Shown piece after piece: positions 19,139-28,242 of a stretch of 64,000 nt of DNA (positions are counted from its first letter, which is position 1; the number at the start of each line of letters is the position of its first letter). Source of the DNA: Acidaminococcaceae bacterium UBA2453 (GTDB lineage Bacteria; Bacillota; Negativicutes; Acidaminococcales; Acidaminococcaceae); contig DDQB01000108.1 of the NCBI GenBank assembly GCA_002342505.1, positions 11,046 through 75,045 on the forward strand. Direction: 5' to 3'. A program made the position numbers and the translations under genes. The notes under the pieces were generated by a model, which was not told the DNA's origin, searched no databases, and saw nothing but the letters and a program-made list of their open reading frames with translations.

Positions 19139-20269
19139 ATGTCTGACCGTAATATTGTAGTTGACCGGTTGCGGGCGCTGGCGATGCTGGGCGTGATTGG
19201 GATCCATATCGGGCCGTTTGTGTTCGCTTCCTCCACCCCCCGTCTGGACCTTTTCCTGTTATTTCAGGTCTTCACCCGCTTTGCGGTTCCCAGTTTCTTT
19301 TTTATATCGGGTTACGGACTGTTCTGCAACGATGCGCTGCGCAGGCCGTTCCATTATATTGAGTTTGTAAAGAAACACCTGATCACCGTAGGACTTCCCT
19401 ACTTTGTCTGGTCGCTGTTTTACATTTACATGTGGCAATGGGAAGACATGTATCGTCCGGACCGGTCATTTTCCATCTCCGTTTTAATTGTAAAGTTTCT
19501 ATTGGGCGAAGGCTGCTATCATATTTATTTTATGGTGATCCTTTTATATTTTTATCTTTCCATGCCGTTCTGGCGCTGGCTGGTGCGGCGGATCAGCGAA
19601 AAATCTGCTGCGGGGATAACTGCTTCGCTGGCAGCATTAGCCGGATTACAGGTACTGCTGTACAATTGGAGCTCTTCCTACTGGATCTACCCCGTCTGGA
19701 CAAAGGGGCATGCCATGATCATCCGCCTGCTGAACGAGCGTATGAATTACCTGCCGCTGTTTTACGGTTTTGTGTTCGTGCTGGGCGGCGTGTGCGCCAT
19801 TCACGAAAAACAGATCCGCAAGTGGCTTCAGTGTCATTTTACATCCACACTTGGCGTATTTTTACTGTCCTGCGCCGTATTGGTCTGGCGCTTTAAGGAA
19901 TATGTGCTGTCGGGCATTCCGCTGGAAGATATTCCCGCCAAATACATGACCCAGCTAACACCGGAAGGATTACTGTACACCGTCTGCTGGCTGCTTTTCT
20001 TCAGTGCCGCGCTGGAAAAAATAAAGGATTCTCTCTTCCTCGATACCCTTTCCCAATACTCCATGATCATCTACCTGATCCATCCCCTCTTCGTATACTA
20101 CTGGTACCAATGGTTCGGCATGCTGGGTTTCGCCATCGCACAAGTACCTGTGCTGCTGTACTACATATTAGTATTAATAACCTCGCTGTTAGTCGGAATT
20201 TTGATCCACAAAATTGCAAAACAACGCCGAATTATCGGACTGTTATTATTAGGAAGAGCGCCAAAATAA
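19139..20269 (+). CDS. Acyltransferase-3 family membrane O-acyltransferase
   Basis: DRLRALAMLGVIGIH, RFAVPSFFFISGY, YSMIIYLIHP; about 10 TM segments. Confidence 0.88.
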   Translation: MSDRNIVVDRLRALAMLGVIGIHIGPFVFASSTPRLDLFLLFQVFTRFAVPSFFFISGYGLFCNDALRRPFHYIEFVKKHLITVGLPYFVWSLFYIYMWQWEDMYRPDRSFSISVLIVKFLLGEGCYHIYFMVILLYFYLSMPFWRWLVRRISEKSAAGITASLAALAGLQVLLYNWSSSYWIYPVWTKGHAMIIRLLNERMNYLPLFYGFVFVLGGVCAIHEKQIRKWLQCHFTSTLGVFLLSCAVLVWRFKEYVLSGIPLEDIPAKYMTQLTPEGLLYTVCWLLFFSAALEKIKDSLFLDTLSQYSMIIYLIHPLFVYYWYQWFGMLGFAIAQVPVLLYYILVLITSLLVGILIHKIAKQRRIIGLLLLGRAPK

Positions 20270-20350
20270 AAAAAGCCGAACCGCACCTCTCAATGAGACC
20301 CTTCAACGAATGAAACGAAAAGGGAAAGAGGGATGTAGTTCGGCTTTTTT
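20268..20350. repeat. Structured intergenic element (family B copy 2), possibly also a terminator
   Basis: aaaaagccgaac...gttcggcttttt stem with apical cccttcaacgaatgaaacgaaaaggg. Confidence 0.65.
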
Positions 20351-20366
20351 ACATAGTAGGCAAAAA

Positions 20367-20401
20367 GCAAAAATCCCGCTCCTGACGGAACGGGATTTTG
20401 C
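20367..20401 (-). terminator. Terminator of the rplU-prp-rpmA operon
   Basis: aaaatcccg...cgggatttt hairpin. Confidence 0.75.
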
Positions 20402-20413
20402 AATTTTTTGTAA

Positions 20414-20710
20414 TTACGCTTCTTTAGCTTCTTCCAACGGCTCGATGCTGATGATGCGTTCCGTACGTCCATGACGGCCAAAACGAACTTTACCATCGAT
20501 TTTGGCATAAATGGTGTAGTCACGACCAATGCCTACATTTTTGCCGGTATGGAAACGGGTACCATGCTGACGAACGATGATGCTGCCAGCAGTCACCACC
20601 TGGCCGTCATGCGCTTTCGTTCCCAGACGCTGGGAATTGGAGTCACGGCCATTGTGGGAAGACCCGGTACCTTTTTTATGTGCATGTAATTGCAGAATAA
20701 TCTTAAACAT
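20414..20710 (-). CDS. rpmA: 50S ribosomal protein L27 with Firmicutes-type N-terminal extension
   Basis: [40 protein letters not shown]. Confidence 0.97.
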   Translation of the reverse strand: MFKIILQLHAHKKGTGSSHNGRDSNSQRLGTKAHDGQVVTAGSIIVRQHGTRFHTGKNVGIGRDYTIYAKIDGKVRFGRHGRTERIISIEPLEEAKEA

Positions 20711-21041
20711 TAATTTCACCTCCATGTTCGTGAATTCGAACATCTTGCGGACATTGCTCAGCCAGCTGGTACAGCACGGCTTCCATGCTGCCTAACAGCG
20801 CCTGGCTTTTCGCGTCGGGCGTCCGCTGCAGGGTCACCTGCAATTCACCCTTTTTCGTATCCGCACGGTATTCCACCGGATACTGCAACTGTTGTTCCAA
20901 TCCTACAAGAGCCATCTGCGTTACCGCAGACACCCAGGCGCATATCACACTTTCTCCGGCCGGTGCGTCACTTGCGTGCCCCCTCGACCGAAATGCGGTA
21001 ATCTCACCTTTCCGGTTCCTGTATAAATCTACTGTAATCAT
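20703..21041 (-). CDS. prp: Ribosomal-processing cysteine protease Prp
   Basis: Lies between rplU and rpmA; GHA...ICA His/Cys motif. Confidence 0.9.
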   Translation of the reverse strand: MITVDLYRNRKGEITAFRSRGHASDAPAGESVICAWVSAVTQMALVGLEQQLQYPVEYRADTKKGELQVTLQRTPDAKSQALLGSMEAVLYQLAEQCPQDVRIHEHGGEINV

Positions 21042-21044
21042 ACA

Positions 21045-21356
21045 TTAAGCCTGGATTCCGCTGATTTTTACAGCAGTGAACGGCTGACGATGACCAGCGC
21101 GTTTGCGATAGTTAGCTTTTGCTTTGTATTTGAAGACCAGGATTTTTTCGTCTTTGCCCTGTTCTTCTACGGTAGCAGTAACTTTAGCGCCGTCAACGAA
21201 CGGTTTTCCTACAGTTACTTCGCCATCGTTTACGATAGCCAGAACTTCGTCAAATACGACTTCAGCACCTTTTTCAGCGTCCAGCTTTTCTACGTTCAGA
21301 ACGTCGCCTTCTGCTACTTTGTACTGTTTGCCACCGGTTTTGATAATTGCGTACAT
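21045..21356 (-). CDS. rplU: 50S ribosomal protein L21
   Basis: [14 protein letters not shown]...GHRQPFT. Confidence 0.98.
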   Translation of the reverse strand: MYAIIKTGGKQYKVAEGDVLNVEKLDAEKGAEVVFDEVLAIVNDGEVTVGKPFVDGAKVTATVEEQGKDEKILVFKYKAKANYRKRAGHRQPFTAVKISGIQA

Positions 21357-21378
21357 GCATTGCACCTCCCTTTTCATG

Positions 21379-21503
21379 GACTCGCCAATTACGGTACGTC
21401 ACATCATTGTGCGCGGTATTGCGTGTCTGCTGCGTTGCATTTTGCAGCGCGGCTGTGCGCTTCGCCTGCGCAGTGACGATTTACGGAACCTTTTTGCGCG
21501 GTT
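21379..21503 (-). ncRNA. L21 leader (cis-regulatory RNA), apparently with an enlarged loop
   Basis: Minus strand CCGCGC-AAAA-AGGT ... TACC-GTAATT-GGCGAGTC directly upstream of the rplU RBS, resembling the Firmicutes L21 leader. Confidence 0.6.
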
Positions 21504-21533
21504 GGGGATGGACATATTTGTCCATACTGGTGT

Positions 21534-21562
21534 ATATTATCACAAAGTGAAGATACTGTCAA
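21534..21562 (-). promoter_or_regulatory. Sigma-A promoter of the rplU operon
   Basis: TTGACA-17 nt-TAATAT with extended TG. Confidence 0.7.
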
Positions 21563-21697
21563 TCAATTTGTTGCCGGAGCAATACATTTTGGCAATAAAA
21601 ATACATTGGCAGCGCGTATAGTAAATTTTCTCATCCTTTGATATAATGTAAGAAATATTTACATAGCATCTTTGCTAAAAAACTTGCGGAGGTCCTT

Positions 21698-22672
21698 ATG
21701 AAAAATAATAAAAACAGTAATATAGAAACAAAAATAAAAAAACTTTCTGCGGATATTTTGAAAGATTACGGCCAGGGACGCACTATCGACAAGATGAATG
21801 CATTCACCAGTCCAGACATGGATGTAGTAGTAGACATCCTGGACAAGCTGCAGAAAATTTTGTTCCCCGGCTATTACCGCAACAAAAATTTTCATTTTTA
21901 CACAGCGGAAAATAATTTACAGACGCTGGTAGAAGACGTTCTCTTTAATCTGACAAAACAGATTTCCATGTACCTGCGGTATCTGCCAGAGTGTAAAGAT
22001 GCTGATTACCGGGCGACAAAAGATAAAGCACAGGAGATTGCCATGAAATTTATGTCCCGCATCCCGAAGATCCGCGATCTGGTGGAGACTTCTGTGCAGG
22101 CAGAGTTTGAAGGCGATCCGGCGGCGTTTAACAAAGATGAAATTATTTTCTGCTACCCGGGGATGTACGCTATTATGGTGTTCCGGTTAGCGCATGAATT
22201 TTATGATCTGGGCGTTCCCATGCTGCCCCGCATCATGTCCGAATATGCACATGGCAAAACGGGCATCGATATTCATCCCGGCGCAACGATCGGCCGCTAT
22301 TTCTTTATCGATCACGGCACGGGCATCGTAATCGGTGAAACTACGATCATCGGCGATAATGTAAAAGTGTATCAGGGCGTTACCATCGGAGCGCTTTCTA
22401 CTCGCGGCGGCCAGACACTGCGCAGCAAAAAACGACATCCGACCATTGAAGACAACGTGACGATTTATTCCGGCGCTTCCATTTTGGGCGGCGAGACGGT
22501 CATCGGCCACGATTCTGTCATCGGCGGCAACACTTTCATCACCATGTCGGTTCCGCCCGAATCCAACGTGAGCATCAAGAGCCAGGAACTACACATCAGC
22601 AACAAAAAAGGTCATGCGGATACCGAGGCAAAAGAACTGGATCAGGATAAAACGTGGTTTTATACGATATGA
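21698..22672 (+). CDS. cysE: Serine O-acetyltransferase (long EpsC-type)
   Basis: GDPAA, CYPG, TGIDIHPGATIG, FIDHGTGIVIGET, KRHPTIED. Confidence 0.9.
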   Translation: MKNNKNSNIETKIKKLSADILKDYGQGRTIDKMNAFTSPDMDVVVDILDKLQKILFPGYYRNKNFHFYTAENNLQTLVEDVLFNLTKQISMYLRYLPECKDADYRATKDKAQEIAMKFMSRIPKIRDLVETSVQAEFEGDPAAFNKDEIIFCYPGMYAIMVFRLAHEFYDLGVPMLPRIMSEYAHGKTGIDIHPGATIGRYFFIDHGTGIVIGETTIIGDNVKVYQGVTIGALSTRGGQTLRSKKRHPTIEDNVTIYSGASILGGETVIGHDSVIGGNTFITMSVPPESNVSIKSQELHISNKKGHADTEAKELDQDKTWFYTI

Positions 22673-22705
22673 GCCTTGAAACAAAAAAATCTTAACTGCA
22701 TCAAG

Positions 22706-22787
22706 AAAACCCGGCGTATAGCTTTCAGATGTTTCTCCTTCAAGGAGTAAAACGACAAAGGATACAGAAAGCTATAACCGGGCTTTT
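22706..22787. repeat. Structured intergenic element (family B copy 3) between cysE and tRNA-Ser
   Basis: aaaacccggcgtatagctttc...gaaagctataaccgggctttt with apical tccttcaaggagtaaaacgacaaagga. Confidence 0.6.
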
Positions 22788-22820
22788 AATTTCTTTCATT
22801 AAATTGAATACAAAAATCTA

Positions 22821-22908
22821 TGGCGGAGAGGGTGGGATTCGAACCCACGGAGGCTTTCACCTCGCTGGTTTTCAAGACCAGAGCCTTAAACCACTCGACC
22901 ACCTCTCC
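22821..22908 (-). tRNA. tRNA-Ser (anticodon TGA)
   Basis: GGAGAGGTGGTCGAGTGGTTTAAGGCTCTGGTCT-TGA-AAACCAG...GGTTCGAATCCCACCCTCTCCGCCA; long variable arm; encoded CCA. Confidence 0.97.
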
Positions 22909-22926
22909 AGAAGAAGTATATAAAGG

Positions 22927-22955
22927 ATTATAATAAAATTTGCGGCTTCTGTCAA
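22927..22955 (-). promoter_or_regulatory. Consensus sigma-A promoter of tRNA-Ser
   Basis: TTGACA-17 nt-TATAAT. Confidence 0.85.
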
Positions 22956-23014
22956 TGGAGAATGCCTGTTTACAAATTCGGTTCAATACGTTTTATAAAT
23001 TTTTCTTACCGGAA

Positions 23015-23647
23015 TCACATACGTTTTTCTACTTCCTTCAACACGGCCTCTTCCATCTGTTTGCCTTCAGTCAGCTGCCGTTGCATTTCCTGTTCCGCCT
23101 TTTCTTTAAATACAGTATCGCTTATGCCGCCCAAGTTGATGCGCACATTATACGAGGCCACCCGCTGGCAGGCACGCGCCATTAAAGCCGATGCCGCGCC
23201 GTCAGTCACCATCATGGGGTTACCTGCAACAACCACCGCATAGGCAAGTTTCATAATCCGAACAGAAGCGTTGGTCACTTTTAGTGAAGCAACCACTGCC
23301 GCCTTGCTGGCGTCTTCTATTGCCTGTTTTCGATGCCCGGTTTCTTCTTCCGTATTTTTCGGAAGTTTATAAGCCTGCAACACCAGAGAATACATATCTG
23401 CATCTTCCTGTGCCATTCCAAGCATTTCCTGCTGCAGAACATTGGTTGCGGTAATAATCTCCTGCATCTTTGTTTCCGCGTCGGCGAACTTTTTCTTTCC
23501 CGCCGTCATGTGGGCCGACATCCCGGCCAGCGCTGCCGCCATAGCGCCGCAAATAGCCGCCGCGCTGCCACCCCCTGGCATCGGTTTGGTGGAATTAAGA
23601 TCTTCTACAAAAGATTTGATTGTCTGTTTTGCAAAATTTATCTCCAT
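23015..23647 (-). CDS. Cyclodeaminase/cyclohydrolase (FTCD C-terminal) family protein
   Basis: PMPGGGSAAA, AYKLPK, GNPMMVTD, NVRINL. Confidence 0.88.
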   Translation of the reverse strand: MEINFAKQTIKSFVEDLNSTKPMPGGGSAAAICGAMAAALAGMSAHMTAGKKKFADAETKMQEIITATNVLQQEMLGMAQEDADMYSLVLQAYKLPKNTEEETGHRKQAIEDASKAAVVASLKVTNASVRIMKLAYAVVVAGNPMMVTDGAASALMARACQRVASYNVRINLGGISDTVFKEKAEQEMQRQLTEGKQMEEAVLKEVEKRM

Positions 23648-23748
23648 CGGTATTCCTCCGTTTCCACCGCTATCGCATAAACCATTTTATAAAGTCGCTG
23701 ATGCCTGCCATGTTACCATGCTAAACGAGGGCAGGCCTGTTTACTATT

Positions 23749-24216
23749 TCATTTTCCCTGCTGCAAATACCTGCGCACCTGTACAACGGCGGCGTACCCG
23801 TCCAGCGGTCCGGGCGGCGTCTGCAGACCTAACGGGATCAGCCGGCGCCATCCTTTCGGCGGGTACAACTCCCAATACAGATCCCGGGCTTCTTCCGTGG
23901 AAAACTTTTCATCCACAATATGGACAGTGTATCCTGGCAACGCTTTTTCAATCCATTTTCTATGTTCCCCGCTTCCGGTACCATCGCCCATAACAACGGC
24001 CCGCATTTTTTTACGCAGGCCCCAGGCATTATTCACCTGCAGGTTCTGAAATAAAAACTTTAGCAGATTATCCGAAAAACTGCGGGTGCGGAGCACCTGC
24101 ACAGCAAGAATCGTTCCATTTCCGTCTACCAGTGCAACACCCGTCTTATCCCGCCCCGGATCGATCCCCAAATAATATCCTTCTATCTGCTCCTTTTTAC
24201 TTCCAGCGTTTACCAT
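23749..24216 (-). CDS. YqgF/RuvX-like RNase H-fold protein
   Basis: LGIDPGRDKTGVA, VMGDGTGS, VDEKFSTEEA, PLDGYAA. Confidence 0.8.
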   Translation of the reverse strand: MVNAGSKKEQIEGYYLGIDPGRDKTGVALVDGNGTILAVQVLRTRSFSDNLLKFLFQNLQVNNAWGLRKKMRAVVMGDGTGSGEHRKWIEKALPGYTVHIVDEKFSTEEARDLYWELYPPKGWRRLIPLGLQTPPGPLDGYAAVVQVRRYLQQGK

Positions 24217-24293
24217 GATCCAATGTCTTTATACAAAGAAACTGATTTTTCATCAGTTTCTTCGCCTTTACAGATTCCTTCCATTCATTTTGG

Positions 24294-25484
24294 TTATTCT
24301 GCTTTTTCCAGTTGCAGTCGCAGCTGCACCGGTCCTGCCGTAGTAATGTCCCCATCGGCATATGCGGTCAGACGGACTTTTCCGCCCATGCGCTGCATCT
24401 TCGTGACGGTTTCCACCATGGTAACAGCGTTCATGTTTCCTACCTTTCCGGTGAGAGGATCCGGCAATACGCCGGCTTTGACCGACATCTGGTTGATTTC
24501 CTGCAAGAAGGACATAAATGCCTGATCCGGATTGCCGGCTTTATCATTCAGGTCAATAACTTTCTGGTGAATCTTTGCTCCATTTTTATATATCAGCCTG
24601 TTGGGCAACACTTCCATGCCGCACAGCACCGGTTGCCCAACAACAGTATTCGCAACAGAACGAACCCGCACCAGTACATTTCCTTTGGCTTTATGCAGCA
24701 GCTCTAACAGACGGTCGCATTCCTGCCGAGAGGCCCAAACCAGTTCCGCATTGGCATCCGGAGCCAGCCCGATATGATTCTTCGCTGCGCCGTTGGCGCT
24801 GTCCAGCAGCCAGTTCAGCTGTTTCTTATTTTCTTCCTCGCTGAGTCCGCCCTGTAACACACCGGAAAATACCAGTTCGCCGCTGCGGTACATCATCTGC
24901 CCGCCCCGCATGAATGCCAGGCCTTCCTGCAACACTTTGGTTTCTTCTTTAAGATTTTCTATATCCGCATTCAGCTTTTCTCTGGCTTCCGTCAATGATC
25001 TCACTTCATCCCGGGCTGTGACCAGCGCACCCTGGGTGGCTTCATACTGTCCCCGGACGGCAGCTAAATTTGCATTGGCATTTTTCAGATTATCTTCCGC
25101 CGCGATTTTTGCGTCGTTCACTTCTTTAATCTGCCGATCCAGCCCTGCGATAGCTTCGTTCTTTTCTTTCAGCGAGTTCATGGCTTTGTTGTATTCCTGT
25201 TCCGCTGCATTTTTTTCCGCATCGAGCCGGGTCAGTTCTTTTTGCAGTTTTTCCATGCCGAACAAAGCCGTCCTGGCGCTTTCTGACGAAATGGCCAGTA
25301 TCCCTACGGAAAACAGGGAGATGAGCACGCCTGAAAGGACCGTGAGCAGAACCGAAGTGTCATGGGGACGCAGGCCGAACACACTCAGTTTCTTTTTCCC
25401 AATCTTGCTTCCCAGTTTATCTGCAATAAAAGCAATGATGCCTCCCATCACTGCCAGTAATAACATTAAACGAATGCCAAACAT
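24294..25484 (-). CDS. DUF3084 domain membrane coiled-coil protein
   Basis: GGIIAFIADKLGSKIGKKKLSVFGLRP, two TMs, long coiled coil. Confidence 0.85.
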   Translation of the reverse strand: MFGIRLMLLLAVMGGIIAFIADKLGSKIGKKKLSVFGLRPHDTSVLLTVLSGVLISLFSVGILAISSESARTALFGMEKLQKELTRLDAEKNAAEQEYNKAMNSLKEKNEAIAGLDRQIKEVNDAKIAAEDNLKNANANLAAVRGQYEATQGALVTARDEVRSLTEAREKLNADIENLKEETKVLQEGLAFMRGGQMMYRSGELVFSGVLQGGLSEEENKKQLNWLLDSANGAAKNHIGLAPDANAELVWASRQECDRLLELLHKAKGNVLVRVRSVANTVVGQPVLCGMEVLPNRLIYKNGAKIHQKVIDLNDKAGNPDQAFMSFLQEINQMSVKAGVLPDPLTGKVGNMNAVTMVETVTKMQRMGGKVRLTAYADGDITTAGPVQLRLQLEKAE

Positions 25485-25542
25485 AACCCATGTACCTTCT
25501 TTAGTAAAAATTATCTTCAGTAAAATTTAATGAAACAGTCTG

Positions 25543-26634
25543 TCAGTAATCCGCTTTCTTTAACATAAAGACACCGGCAATAAAGCAGATGATATTGGGC
25601 AACATCGCCGCCAGCAACGGGGGAATAACGCCGCCTTTTCCCAGGCCGGTAGCAAAAGCCATGATGCCATAATACATAAAAATTACGATTACGCTAATGC
25701 CCATACCGATGGATGAACCGCTGCGCTGGCGCTGTGTACCCAAGGGCGCGCCCAGCAACGCAAAGACAAAGCTGGCAAGCGGGATAGCAAAGCGCATGTA
25801 AATTTCGGTCCACAGGTCGTCAGACGGAAGCTTCTGTCGTTCCAGCACTTTGACATAGCCCCGCAGTTCGCCCAGTGTCATTTCGTGTATGCTCTTCTGC
25901 TCCCAGCCGATCTCCTTTGGCGTAGTGTTCAAAGGAATCACCTGTTTTTTAAAGGCCGCCTTGCTGGTCACGCCTTCTTTTTCATCCAGAGTAAATACTG
26001 TTCCGTTCTGCAACACCCAGGAATCATTTTCCCAAATCGCCTTGTCAGCAGTTTGGATTCGGCTCAGTTTCTGCTTCTGGAACTCTTCAATGGTAATGTT
26101 ATTCATAGTGCCCGTACTTTCATCGAAGGAATGGGCATAAGCGATGCGCTGGACAGTCCCGCTAAGCATCTTAATAACCACATGATCCTGCGTCCGGGGT
26201 TTCACATTGCCCCGAATCTCCACTTCCAAAATCCGTTTGGCTTCATGTTTGGAAGGCGGCACAACTTTTTCTGCCCAGATGACAGAAAACATGCTGATAA
26301 TAAACCCGACTATTACAACAGGCGCAACGATCCGGTAATAACTGACCCCGCCAGACTTCATCGCCACAATTTCACTGTTGCTGGACATTTTTCCAAACGC
26401 CATCAGGGTCGCCAGTAATACCGACATAGGAAATGTGTAGTTGACAATTTCCGGGAGACTGTACATAAACAACCGACTCACAGTAGAAATTGGCGCTCCG
26501 TACGTTGTAATATACTGTACGATTTTAAAAAGCATGCTGCTGGCTATAAAAATGGTTGAAAAAGAGGCAACCCCGAAGATAAAGGGGTACAACAATTCTT
26601 TGAGTACATATTTATCTAATAACCGTAATTGCAT
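25543..26634 (-). CDS. LPS export permease LptF/LptG family
   Basis: LLDKYVLKEL, SEIVAMKSGGVS, PLASFVFALLGAPLG. Confidence 0.92.
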   Translation of the reverse strand: MQLRLLDKYVLKELLYPFIFGVASFSTIFIASSMLFKIVQYITTYGAPISTVSRLFMYSLPEIVNYTFPMSVLLATLMAFGKMSSNSEIVAMKSGGVSYYRIVAPVVIVGFIISMFSVIWAEKVVPPSKHEAKRILEVEIRGNVKPRTQDHVVIKMLSGTVQRIAYAHSFDESTGTMNNITIEEFQKQKLSRIQTADKAIWENDSWVLQNGTVFTLDEKEGVTSKAAFKKQVIPLNTTPKEIGWEQKSIHEMTLGELRGYVKVLERQKLPSDDLWTEIYMRFAIPLASFVFALLGAPLGTQRQRSGSSIGMGISVIVIFMYYGIMAFATGLGKGGVIPPLLAAMLPNIICFIAGVFMLKKADY

Positions 26635-26644
26635 TTGTTACCCC

Positions 26645-27364
26645 CTACATCCTGAAGTTTTCTCCAAGATAATACTTTTTAGCCACAGGATCGTTGGCTA
26701 TACTTTCACTGTCGCCATGGAGCAGCACCTTACCGCTGGCCAGTATATAGGCTTTATCTACAATACTCAGCGTTTCCCGCACATTGTGGTCTGTGATCAA
26801 GATTCCAATCCCACGCTTTGCCAAATGGGCAATCATGCTCTGGATATCTGCCACGGCAATGGGGTCAATGCCGGCAAAAGGCTCATCCAACAGAATAAAG
26901 GCCGGATCGGTAGCCAGTGAACGGGCAATTTCCACACGTCGGCGTTCACCGCCGGACAGAGCCGTCCCTATACTGTTCCGGATATGCCCGATGTCAAACT
27001 CTTCTATCAGGGCTTCCATCTTTTGGATCTGTTCTTCATGGGATAACGCCGTTGTTTCCAGTATCGACATCAGGTTCTCTTCCACTGTCATCTTCCGGAA
27101 GATGGACGCTTCCTGGGGAAGGTAACCGATACCAAGCTGGGCGCGCTGATACATAGGAAGCTGGCTGATGTCCTGCCCGTCCAGCGTCACCGTACCGGCG
27201 TCCGGTTTAGCAATACCGACTACCATATAAAAAGTCGTTGTCTTTCCAGCCCCGTTGGGCCCCAGCAGGCCGACGATGGTCCCCTGCTCTACCTGCAGGC
27301 TCACATTATCGACTACTTTCCGCTGTCCGTATATCTTAACAAGATTTTTTGTTTCAATAATCAA
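26645..27364 (-). CDS. lptB: LPS export ABC ATPase
   Basis: GPNGAGKTTTFY, YLPQEASIFRK, LSGGERRRVEIAR, DEPFAGIDP, TDHNVRET; TTG start. Confidence 0.95.
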   Translation of the reverse strand: MIIETKNLVKIYGQRKVVDNVSLQVEQGTIVGLLGPNGAGKTTTFYMVVGIAKPDAGTVTLDGQDISQLPMYQRAQLGIGYLPQEASIFRKMTVEENLMSILETTALSHEEQIQKMEALIEEFDIGHIRNSIGTALSGGERRRVEIARSLATDPAFILLDEPFAGIDPIAVADIQSMIAHLAKRGIGILITDHNVRETLSIVDKAYILASGKVLLHGDSESIANDPVAKKYYLGENFRM

Positions 27365-28242
27365 ACTGTTCGAGCCTCCGTATCGGATTTACTGTTTGTG
27401 ATCTGCTCCATCATATTCGGCGCAGGATTGAAATTAGTCGCACCATTTGCCATCAGTACTGCGCCTTCACCAAAGGCAGGATTGCTGACTTCCTTATCCG
27501 GTTTCTGATAGTACACAATGCGGACATTTCCCTCTGCATGCGTCTTGCTGTCAGGTCCTGAAACATTGGTAATACGCAGTTTATCGCCGGTCACCGTATT
27601 GCCGTCCTGGGTCGCTGTCGCATTGCCGATTAATTCAATGTATCCGGTTTCATGAGAGTCGTAGATAGCCCGATCCCCAGAACCGGTCATCTTCTGAACA
27701 GTACTTTCCATCTTTACACCGCCGGTAGCATTGGCGACGCCGGTTTTCATATCATATACGATCTTGCCTGCCGTCAGCCAGCTGCCATCTGTTGCGGACA
27801 GATGAGCGTAGCCGCCCAGCGTCTCGGCAAATTCTTTATCATCGTGATAATCCACCCGGTGGGCTTTAAGTGTTTTATCCCCTTTTGTAAGAATTGCATT
27901 TCCCACAGCAGAAACAAATTTATCCGTATACATGAACAGCTCCTGGCTGCTAAGATGATTATCTTCCTTTTTCGCCGTTACGCCGCCGAACAAATGCCCG
28001 GTCTTCGTTTTGCTGTTAAAGGTGGATCCTCCCTGGGCAACCGCTACGCCGCCATCATGTTTAATTGTTGTTTTGCCTGTAGTAGTGCCGTCTCCACTTC
28101 CCATATCGTATTCAATCTCTGTTGCATCCACGCTGTATTTTGCGTCTTTATTAGCCGGGGCAGCCGCTACCGTACAGCATCCCAATACGAATACTAAAAG
28201 ACAGCTCAGCAGTCCCGCCAGAATCCGTTTATTTTTCTTCAT
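27361..28242 (-). CDS. lptA: LptA/OstA family periplasmic beta-jellyroll protein (extended)
   Basis: Signal peptide, repeated beta-taco motifs (LIGNATATQDGNTVTGDKL); lies between lptC and lptB. Confidence 0.72.
   Translation of the reverse strand: MKKNKRILAGLLSCLLVFVLGCCTVAAAPANKDAKYSVDATEIEYDMGSGDGTTTGKTTIKHDGGVAVAQGGSTFNSKTKTGHLFGGVTAKKEDNHLSSQELFMYTDKFVSAVGNAILTKGDKTLKAHRVDYHDDKEFAETLGGYAHLSATDGSWLTAGKIVYDMKTGVANATGGVKMESTVQKMTGSGDRAIYDSHETGYIELIGNATATQDGNTVTGDKLRITNVSGPDSKTHAEGNVRIVYYQKPDKEVSNPAFGEGAVLMANGATNFNPAPNMMEQITNSKSDTEARTV

Noticed and set aside
22700-22910. tRNA-Ser as an integration site of an island
   Set aside because: No integrase, no duplicated tRNA 3' end, and housekeeping genes on both sides
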